This document shows positions 56,561-64,000 of a stretch of 64,000 bases of DNA, piece by piece. How positions within the stretch are numbered: position 1 is the stretch's first letter; every line of letters starts with the position of its first letter. Source of the DNA: an uncultured Actinomycetes bacterium (GTDB lineage Bacteria; Actinomycetota; Thermoleophilia; UBA2241); NCBI GenBank assembly GCA_963767005.1, contig CAVYCN010000002.1:14272-78271 (forward strand). Reading direction: 5' to 3'. The notes under the pieces were generated by a model. The model had not been told where the DNA came from, did no database searches, and was given only the letters and a program-made list of their open reading frames with translations. A program made the position numbers and the translations under genes.

Positions 56561-57500
56561 GTATGAGATGGCGCTGGCTCACATACCGGTCCTGCTCGAT
56601 GAGCTCGTGGACCTGCTCGAGCCGGCGCCCGGCGAGACCGCGATCGACGCCACCTTCGGCGCCGGCGGCCACGCTGCCGCCGTGGCGGCTCGCCTTGGCG
56701 CGGACGGCCTGCTGATCGCCTGCGACCGCGACCCGTCGGTCGCCGACTACGTCCGCGACGTCGCCGCCGAGGCTCCTTGCCGCACCGAGTTCTACCACGG
56801 CGACTTCGCCGACGTGCTGGCCGCGCGGCCCGACGCCTCGGCCGACATCGTGTATCTCGACCTCGGCGTGTCGTCGATGCAGCTCGACCGCCGCGAGCGC
56901 GGCTTCTCGTACGCCTGGGACGCGCCGCTCGACATGCGCATGGACCCCTCGCAGGGCGTGACCGCGCGCGACCTCGTGAACGAGCTCACCGTCCAGGAGC
57001 TCACCGACGTCTTCCGCCGCTACGGCGAGGAGCGCTACGCGGTCGAGATCGCGCGCCGCATCGACCGGCAGCGGGCCCTGCAGCCGTTCGAGAGCACCGG
57101 CCAGCTCGTCGACGCGATCAAGTGCGCGATCCCGACGCCGGCCCGCTTCGGCGCCGGCAACCCGGCGCGCCGCGTCTTCCAGGCGCTGCGCATCAAGGTC
57201 AACAACGAGCTCGAGTCGCTGGCGCGCGGCCTGGAAGAGGCCTATCGGGTGCTGCGCCCGGGCGGCCGCCTCGCCGCGATCTCGTTCCACTCGCTCGAGG
57301 ACCGCACGGTCAAGGAGTTCTTCAAGGGACACGCCGCCGGCTGCATCTGCCCGCCGGGCCTGCCGGTGTGCGTCTGCGGTCACGAGCCGACGATGCGCGT
57401 CCTCACGCGCCGGCCGGTCACGCCGCGCGCACGCGAGATCGACACCAACCCGCGCGCGAAGGCGGCCAAGCTGCGCGCGGCGGTCAAGCTAGGGGCCTGA
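56527..57500 (+). CDS. rsmH: 16S rRNA (cytosine1402-N4)-methyltransferase
   Basis: SAM-binding IDATFGAGGHA, DLGVSSMQLD, RRVFQALRI motifs. Confidence 0.85.
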
Positions 57501-57501
57501 G

Positions 57502-57921
57502 ATGGCGCCCGCCGGTGCGTCGGCGCGCGCCCTGCCGGCGCCCGACAGGCGTGAGATCGAGCGCCCCCCGGCGCGCCCGCAGCGCCGCCCGGAGCGGGCG
57601 CCGTCGCGCGCCACCCGCCTCAGCCATCGCTCGCTCACCACGCGGCTCATCGTCTTCGGCGTGCTCGTCGCCGCACTCGGCGCCGGTCGCGTCGCGCTCA
57701 GCTTCGCGGTGGTGCAGAAGAACCTGGCGACCGACACGGTCGCCGGTCAGGTGCGGGTGGTGCAGGCCCGCAACCAGCAGCTCTCCGAGGAAGCGGCCAC
57801 CCTGTCGTCGGCCCTCACCGTGCGCAACCTGGCTCAGAAGAAGTACCACCTGATCGTCGCTCCCGACGTGCAGTTCATCATGCTGCACGCGCACCACCCG
57901 GCGACCCACACGAGGCCCTAG
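57502..57921 (+). CDS. ftsL: cell division protein FtsL-like
   Basis: 139 aa, single TM then coiled-coil, in the canonical dcw position. Confidence 0.6.
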   Translation: MAPAGASARALPAPDRREIERPPARPQRRPERAPSRATRLSHRSLTTRLIVFGVLVAALGAGRVALSFAVVQKNLATDTVAGQVRVVQARNQQLSEEAATLSSALTVRNLAQKKYHLIVAPDVQFIMLHAHHPATHTRP

Positions 57922-59673
57922 GTGCCGGCCGGCGAGCGGCGCGGCGGCGGGCCGGGCAGCGGCGCCCGCGGCGGCGCGCGCCGACCGGCCCGTCGCCGCG
58001 CCGCTCGCGATGCCGCGAGCGTGCGCCGCACCCTCGACGGCCGCGTGCGGCTGCTGCGCATCGGTTTCGTCGTCGCCTTCCTTCTGATCGGAGGCAAGGC
58101 CGTCGCCCTCACCGTGAGCGACGGCCACCTCGCCGCGATCGCCCGCGAGCAGCAGGTGCGCACCATCGCCCTGCCGGCCCACCGCGGCGCCATCGTCGAC
58201 CGCAACGGCGTCGACCTGGCCGTCGCGCGTACGGCCAAGACGGTCTACGCCACGCCGTACATGCTGGCCGACCCGCTCACTGCCGCCAGGGAGCTCGCGG
58301 CGGCCCTCAAGCTCAAGTGGCGCCCCATCTACCGGGCCATCGACCACCCCAGGAGCGGCTTCGCCTACGTCGCTCGGCAGGCCGACCCCGCGCTCGCCGA
58401 CAGGGCCACGGCGCTTGCCCTGCCGGGTGTCGGCAGCTACGTCGAGGAGAAGCGGGTCTACCCGCTGGACTCGGCGGCCGCGCAGGTGGTCGGCTACGCC
58501 GGGACCGACGGACACGGCCTCGCCGGCATGGAGTACCGCTACGACCGCGAGCTGGCCGGCAAAGCGGGCCGGCAGGTCGTGATCGAGGACCCCGCCGGCC
58601 AGGCGCTGCGCACCATCCAGTCGGTGTCGCCGGTGTCGGGGAAGGACGTGCGCCTGACGATCGACAGCGGCATCCAGCTCGTCGCCGACAGCGTCCTCGC
58701 CACCACCGTGCGCCAGTTTCACGCCAAGGGCGGCACGGCGATCGTCGAGAACCCGAAGACCGGCGAGATCTACGCCCTCTCCAACGTGCCGCTGCTCAAC
58801 GCCAATCACTTCGGCAGCGCGCCCCGCGACCAGGGTAACCAGGCGGTGATCTACACCTATGAGCCCGGCTCGACCTTCAAGATGGTGACGGTCGCCGGCG
58901 CCCTGTCGGACGGCGTCGTCGCGCCCGGCACCTCGTTCCTGCTGCCGCCGGCGCTCAAGGTCGGCGACCGCGTCATCCACGACGCCGAGACGCGCGGCAC
59001 CGAGCGCATGACGGTACGCAAGATCCTCGAGGTGTCGAGCAACATCGGCGCCGTCACGATCGGCGAGCAGCTCGGCAAGGACCGCCTGCTCGACTGGATC
59101 GACCGCTTCGGCTTCGGCCGGCTCACCGGCATCGACTTCCCGGGCGAGGTGCCCGGCTTCGTCCTGCCCGCCGACAAATGGTGGTCCTCGACGATCGGCA
59201 ACGTGCCGATGGGACAGGGGATCTCGGTCACGCCCATCCAGATGGTCGCCGCCTACGGCGCGATCGCCAACGGCGGCGTCATGATGACGCCGCACCTGAC
59301 CGCCCAGGTCGGCACGCATGTGATCAGGCCCGCGACGGGGCGCCGCGTGGTGTCGGCCGCGGTGGCGGCCGAGCTGCGCGCGATGCTCTCCGACGTCGTC
59401 GCCGACGGCACCGGCGTCAAGGCGCAGATCCCCGGCTACAAGGTGGCCGGCAAGACGGGCACCGCCCAGAAGGCGCTGGCGAACGGGCTCGGCTACTCCA
59501 AGGTGAACTACGTCGCTTCGTTCATCGGCATGGTGCCGGCCCGCGACCCGCAGCTCGTCGTGGCCGTGGTGGTCGACGAGCCGCGGCCCGACTACTGGGG
59601 CGGCGACGTGGCGGCGCCGGCCTTTCGCCAGATCGCAAGCTATGCCCTGCAGCGCCTCGAGATCGCGCCGTGA
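57922..59673 (+). CDS. ftsI: penicillin-binding protein (FtsI-type transpeptidase)
   Basis: PBP dimerisation domain plus transpeptidase motifs STFK, SSN, KTGT. Confidence 0.85.
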   Translation: MPAGERRGGGPGSGARGGARRPARRRAARDAASVRRTLDGRVRLLRIGFVVAFLLIGGKAVALTVSDGHLAAIAREQQVRTIALPAHRGAIVDRNGVDLAVARTAKTVYATPYMLADPLTAARELAAALKLKWRPIYRAIDHPRSGFAYVARQADPALADRATALALPGVGSYVEEKRVYPLDSAAAQVVGYAGTDGHGLAGMEYRYDRELAGKAGRQVVIEDPAGQALRTIQSVSPVSGKDVRLTIDSGIQLVADSVLATTVRQFHAKGGTAIVENPKTGEIYALSNVPLLNANHFGSAPRDQGNQAVIYTYEPGSTFKMVTVAGALSDGVVAPGTSFLLPPALKVGDRVIHDAETRGTERMTVRKILEVSSNIGAVTIGEQLGKDRLLDWIDRFGFGRLTGIDFPGEVPGFVLPADKWWSSTIGNVPMGQGISVTPIQMVAAYGAIANGGVMMTPHLTAQVGTHVIRPATGRRVVSAAVAAELRAMLSDVVADGTGVKAQIPGYKVAGKTGTAQKALANGLGYSKVNYVASFIGMVPARDPQLVVAVVVDEPRPDYWGGDVAAPAFRQIASYALQRLEIAP

Positions 59674-59697
59674 GCACGGCCGGCCGGTCTGATACCA

Positions 59698-61242
59698 TTG
59701 GCCGGCATGGACCTCGCCGCTCTCGTCGCCGTTCTTGACCAGTCCCGCGTCAACGGCGACCCCCACGTCGAGATCGGATCGCTCTCGAGCGACACGCGCG
59801 ACGTCGCACCCGGGTCGCTCTTCTTCTGCGTCCCCGGACTCAAGGCCGACGGCCACGACTACGCGCCGCAGGCGGTGACCGCCGGAGCCGTCGCGCTCGT
59901 CTGCGAGCGGCCGCTCGCGCTGCCGGTGCCCCAGATCGTGGTGGCGAGCGCGCGCCGCGCCATGGCGCTCATGGCGGCGCGGTTCTGCGGCGACCCCACG
60001 CGCGCGCTGCGCGTGGCCGGCATCACCGGCACCAACGGCAAGACGACCACGGCCCATCTGCTGGCCGGCGTCTTCGCCGCCGCCGGCCTGCGGCCGGCGC
60101 TGCTCGGCACCGTCGCCAACCGCATCGCCGGCGTCGAACGCCCGGCCCGGCTCACCACGCCCGACTCGCTCGAGCTGCAGCGCCTGTTCGGCGAGATGGT
60201 CGACGGTGGCGACCGGTCGTGCGTCATGGAGGTCTCGTCGCATGCCCTCGCCCTCGACCGCACGACCGGCATCAGCTTCGCCGCCGTCGTGTTCACCAAC
60301 CTCTCGCGCGACCATCTCGACTTCCACCCGTCGCTCGACGCCTACTTTGCCGCCAAGCGCACGCTCTTCCTGCCCGACGAGCGCCGTCGCGAGGGCGCCG
60401 TCGCCGTGGTGAACGCCGGCGACGAGCACGGCCGGCGTCTGATCGCCGACTGCCGGCCGCTCTACGGCGACGACCTCTGGACATATGCGCTCGAGGATGA
60501 CGGCGGCGCCGAGGGAGAGGTCGACTGCGCGGCAGCCGACCTCGCCCTCGGCGCCGCCGGCTCGACCTTCAGGCTGCGCGCGCCTCGCCTCGGACTCGAC
60601 GAGGTGTTCACCATCGCGCTGCCGGCGCGCTTCAACGTAGCCAACGCCCTGACCGCCGCGACCGCCGCCCTCGCCATGGGCCTGCCCCTCACGGCGGTGC
60701 GCGAGGGGCTGAGCGGCGCCCGCGTCGTGCCGGGGCGCGTCGAGCCCGTCGATGCCGGTCAGCCCTTCAGCGTGCTCGTCGACTACTCGCACACTCCCGA
60801 CTCGCTTGAGAACGTGCTGCGGGCCGTGCGAGCCGTCACCGGCGGCCGCCTGCTCACCGTGTTCGGCTGCGGCGGCGACCGCGACCGCGGCAAGCGGCCG
60901 CTCATGGGCGCGGTCGCCGCCGGCCTCGCCGACCTCGCCGTGCTCACCTCCGACAACCCGCGCGGCGAAGACCCCCTGGCGATCATCGCCGAGGTCATGA
61001 CCGGCGTGCCGGCCGCGGCCGCCGGCCGGGTGCTGATCGAGCCCGACCGGCGCGCGGCGATCCGCCGCGCCCTCGCCGCGGCGCGCGCCGGCGACGCCGT
61101 CGTGATCGCCGGCAAGGGGCACGAGACCTACCAGATACTGGGGCCGCGCACGATCCACTTCGACGACCGCGAGGTGGCCACCGAGGAGCTCACCGCGCTC
61201 GGCTACGGCGCCGGCGCCGCGGCCGCGGAGGGTCGATCGTGA
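59698..61242 (+). CDS. murE: UDP-N-acetylmuramoyl-L-alanyl-D-glutamate--2,6-diaminopimelate ligase
   Basis: GITGTNGKTTT P-loop, DNPR motif (meso-DAP specificity). Confidence 0.85.
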   Translation: MAGMDLAALVAVLDQSRVNGDPHVEIGSLSSDTRDVAPGSLFFCVPGLKADGHDYAPQAVTAGAVALVCERPLALPVPQIVVASARRAMALMAARFCGDPTRALRVAGITGTNGKTTTAHLLAGVFAAAGLRPALLGTVANRIAGVERPARLTTPDSLELQRLFGEMVDGGDRSCVMEVSSHALALDRTTGISFAAVVFTNLSRDHLDFHPSLDAYFAAKRTLFLPDERRREGAVAVVNAGDEHGRRLIADCRPLYGDDLWTYALEDDGGAEGEVDCAAADLALGAAGSTFRLRAPRLGLDEVFTIALPARFNVANALTAATAALAMGLPLTAVREGLSGARVVPGRVEPVDAGQPFSVLVDYSHTPDSLENVLRAVRAVTGGRLLTVFGCGGDRDRGKRPLMGAVAAGLADLAVLTSDNPRGEDPLAIIAEVMTGVPAAAAGRVLIEPDRRAAIRRALAAARAGDAVVIAGKGHETYQILGPRTIHFDDREVATEELTALGYGAGAAAAEGRS

Positions 61243-62639
61243 TCGGCCTGACGCTCGACGAGGTCGCGGCCGCCTGCGGCGGCCGCCTCGAGACGCGCGA
61301 CTCCCTGGCCGTGGCCACCGGCGTGGCGATCGACAGCCGCGAGGTGAAGCCCGGCGACCTGTTCGTCGGGCTGCCCGGCGAGAACTGCGACGGCGGCGAC
61401 TTCGCCGCCGTCGCCCTGGCCGCCGGCGCCGTCGCCGCGGTCGTCACTCCGCGTGCCGCCGGCGCGCTGCGGGCCGGCACGTCGCGCGTCGTGGTCGACG
61501 ACACGGGCCGCGCGCTGCGTGCCCTGGCCGCCGCGGTGCGGCGCCGTTCGGGGGCCGCGGTCGTGGCCATCACCGGCAGCGTCGGCAAGACCTCGACCAA
61601 GGACATCCTCGCCGCACTGCTCGCACCGGTGGGGCGCGTGGTGGCCACGAGCGGCAACCACAACAACGAGATCGGCGTGCCGCTCACCGTCTTCGAGCTC
61701 GACCGCAGCACCGAGGTGCTCGTCTGCGAGCTCGCCATGCGCGGCCGTGGCCAGATCGCCGAGCTCGCCGCCATCGTCAGGCCCGACGTCGGCGTGATCA
61801 CCAACATCGCCCCGGTCCACCTCGAGCTCATGGGCACCATCGAGGAGGTCGCCGCCGCCAAGGCCGAGCTCATCGCCGAGGTGGGCAAGGGCGCGCTCGT
61901 GGTGCCGTCCGACGAGGCCCTGCTCGAGCCCCATCTGCGCTACCACACGGGGCGGCTCGTCACCTTCGGCGGCGAGAGCGGCAACGTGACCGTCGCCGAA
62001 GCCGAGGTCCGCGGCCACGGCACCCACGCCCTGATCGACGCATTCGGGCGGCGCGCCGCCTTCGACTTCAACTTCAGCGGCGGCCACTACCTGCAGGACG
62101 CCCTCGCGGCGATCGGCGCCTTCATCGCCCTCGGCTACAACCTCGAGGACGCCAAGAAGGGCGCCGCTGCGGTCGAGTTCTCGGCGCTGCGCGGCCGTGT
62201 GACCGAGCTGCCCGGCGGCGGCTTGCTGCTGAACGACGCCTACAACGCCAGCCCGCTGTCGATGAAGGCCGCGATCGACCATCTCTGCGCGCTGGCCGGC
62301 GAGCGGCCGCTCGTGGCCGTGCTGGGCGACATGTTCGAGCTCGGCTCCGGGGCGGTCGCCTTTCACCGCGACATCGGCCGGTACGCCGCCGAGCACGGCG
62401 TCCGTGTGATCGCCGTCGGCGAGCTCGCCCGCGCCTATGTCGCCGACGCCGCGACCGGCGACTGGTACGGCACGGTCGAAGAGCTGCTGGCGGCGCTGCC
62501 GGGGGCGGTCGCCTCCGGCAGCGCCGTCCTCGTCAAAGCCTCGCGTGCCGCCCGCCTCGAGCGCGTCGCCGACGCCATCCAGGCTCCGCCCGCGGCCCCC
62601 GCGACGCCCGCGGCCCCCGCCGCTCCCGAGGCGTCCTGA
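61239..62639 (+). CDS. murF: UDP-N-acetylmuramoyl-tripeptide--D-alanyl-D-alanine ligase
   Basis: ITGSVGKTSTKD P-loop; GTGA overlap with murE. Confidence 0.85.
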   Translation: MIGLTLDEVAAACGGRLETRDSLAVATGVAIDSREVKPGDLFVGLPGENCDGGDFAAVALAAGAVAAVVTPRAAGALRAGTSRVVVDDTGRALRALAAAVRRRSGAAVVAITGSVGKTSTKDILAALLAPVGRVVATSGNHNNEIGVPLTVFELDRSTEVLVCELAMRGRGQIAELAAIVRPDVGVITNIAPVHLELMGTIEEVAAAKAELIAEVGKGALVVPSDEALLEPHLRYHTGRLVTFGGESGNVTVAEAEVRGHGTHALIDAFGRRAAFDFNFSGGHYLQDALAAIGAFIALGYNLEDAKKGAAAVEFSALRGRVTELPGGGLLLNDAYNASPLSMKAAIDHLCALAGERPLVAVLGDMFELGSGAVAFHRDIGRYAAEHGVRVIAVGELARAYVADAATGDWYGTVEELLAALPGAVASGSAVLVKASRAARLERVADAIQAPPAAPATPAAPAAPEAS

Positions 62640-63625
62640 TGTTCACCGCCCTCGCCGCCGGCATCACGTCGATGGTCGTCATCCTGGTCGTCGGGCCCTG
62701 GTTCATCGAGTGGCTGCGCCGCAACGAGTTCGGCCAGACGATCCGCGAGGAGGGGCCCGAGGGGCACAAGACCAAGGAGGGCACGCCGACCATGGGCGGC
62801 GTGCTCATCTGGCTCGCGGTGCTCGTGCCGTTCTTCATCTTCAGCCAGCTCTCGGTCGCCTCGTTCTCGGTGCTCGTCATCGCCCTCGGCTGCGCCTTGA
62901 TCGGCTTCGCCGACGACTGGATGAAGATCATCAAGGGGCGCTCGCTGGGGCTCTCGGCGCGCTGGAAGCTGCTGCTGCAGCTCGCCCTCGGTCTGCTCGC
63001 CGGCTTCATCGCCCTGCACTTCGCCGGACTCACGACGAGCGTCACCATCCCCTTCTCGCACGCCCAGTGGCACCTCGGCACGGTCGGCTTCTACGCGCTC
63101 GTCTTCCTCGTGATCGCCTCGGCCAGCAACACGGTCAACCTGACCGACGGCCTCGACGGCCTGGCCGCCGGCAGCGCGGCCATCGTGCTGCTCGCCTACG
63201 CCGGCATCGCCTTCATCATCGGTCGCCACGAGCCCGACCCCGGCATCCTCGACCTCTCCGTGCTGTCGACCTGCATCGTCGGCGCCTGTCTGGGCTTTCT
63301 GTGGTTCAACACCTTCCCCGCCGACGTCTTCATGGGCGACACCGGCTCGCTCGGCCTGGGCGGCGCGATCGCCGGCCTCGCGATCCTCACGCGCACCGAG
63401 CTCCTGCTCATCGCCGTCGGGGGCATCTTCGTGATCGAGGGTCTGTCGGTGATCCTCCAGGTCGCGTCGTTCAAGCTCACCGGCCGGCGCATCTTCCTGA
63501 TGGCGCCGCTCCACCACCACTTCGAGCTGCTGAACTGGTCGGAGACCAAGGTGATCGTGCGCTTCTGGATCGTCACGGCGATCCTCGCCGGCCTCGGTTT
63601 CGCGATCTACTACGCGACGTTCTGA
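62639..63625 (+). CDS. mraY: phospho-N-acetylmuramoyl-pentapeptide transferase
   Basis: 10 TM; NLTDGLDGLA and HHHFE motifs; ATGA overlap with murF. Confidence 0.9.
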   Translation: MFTALAAGITSMVVILVVGPWFIEWLRRNEFGQTIREEGPEGHKTKEGTPTMGGVLIWLAVLVPFFIFSQLSVASFSVLVIALGCALIGFADDWMKIIKGRSLGLSARWKLLLQLALGLLAGFIALHFAGLTTSVTIPFSHAQWHLGTVGFYALVFLVIASASNTVNLTDGLDGLAAGSAAIVLLAYAGIAFIIGRHEPDPGILDLSVLSTCIVGACLGFLWFNTFPADVFMGDTGSLGLGGAIAGLAILTRTELLLIAVGGIFVIEGLSVILQVASFKLTGRRIFLMAPLHHHFELLNWSETKVIVRFWIVTAILAGLGFAIYYATF

Positions 63626-63886
63626 CGGCGGGCTCCGCCGCGATGCCTCAAGCACGACTCGACCCCGCCGCCGCGCGCCTTCGCGGCGGCGCCCGGCTCG
63701 ACTGGACCGCCGTCGTGCCTGACCTCGAGGAAGGGTCGAGGGGGACCCTCAAGTGACACGAGAGACTGTCTCGACCACAGGTCGAGGCCGGCGCTGCAGG
63801 GTTCGGCCCCGCGGGCCCGGAACAGCGAAGAAGAGGTCCGGACGACGCGGTCACGCGCGGCGTCCGGCCGACGGGAAGGAAGGACA

Positions 63887-64000
63887 GTGACCGGCAGCGC
63901 CATCGACGCTCGCGCCATCGCCGTGATCGGGCTGGGCCGATCGGGCCTCGCCGCCGCGCTGCTCGCGCGGCGCGAGCTGCCCGGCGCGACGCTCACCGTG
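63887..64000 (+). CDS. murD: UDP-N-acetylmuramoylalanine--D-glutamate ligase, 5' end only
   Basis: GGAAGG RBS plus GTG; N-terminal Rossmann IAVIGLGRSGLAAALL. Confidence 0.7.
   Translation, partial: MTGSAIDARAIAVIGLGRSGLAAALLARRELPGATLTV

Overview
The window is a 64-kb segment of a very high-GC (about 70%+) actinobacterial-type chromosome. Genes are densely packed, often with 4-bp start/stop overlaps (GTGA/ATGA). Content is mostly housekeeping: tmRNA (ssrA); an ECF sigma/anti-sigma pair; ddl; two ABC exporters; an MFS/TetR efflux operon; cysK-cysE; pcrA; pyrF; and the 5' half of the division/cell-wall (dcw) cluster mraZ-rsmH-ftsL-ftsI-murE-murF-mraY-murD'. No transposases, integrases, CRISPR arrays or rRNA/tRNA genes were recognised. 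The most unusual content is: (i) a translationally coupled operon GNAT - fused PafB/PafC-like double-WYL regulator - PLDc_N mini-protein - LarA-family protein; (ii) a LarE-type PP-loop sulfur transferase inserted between cysK and cysE under an Rrf2 regulator; (iii) two tandem non-pyrrolysine MttB-family methyltransferase paralogs flanked by three PLP-fold enzymes and no corrinoid protein; (iv) a promoter plus structured RNA with two C-rich loops (6C-sRNA-like) upstream of an enoyl-CoA hydratase. Many long antisense ORFs in the six-frame track are GC-driven artefacts and were not called. Coordinates of internal starts may be off by 1-3 nt.
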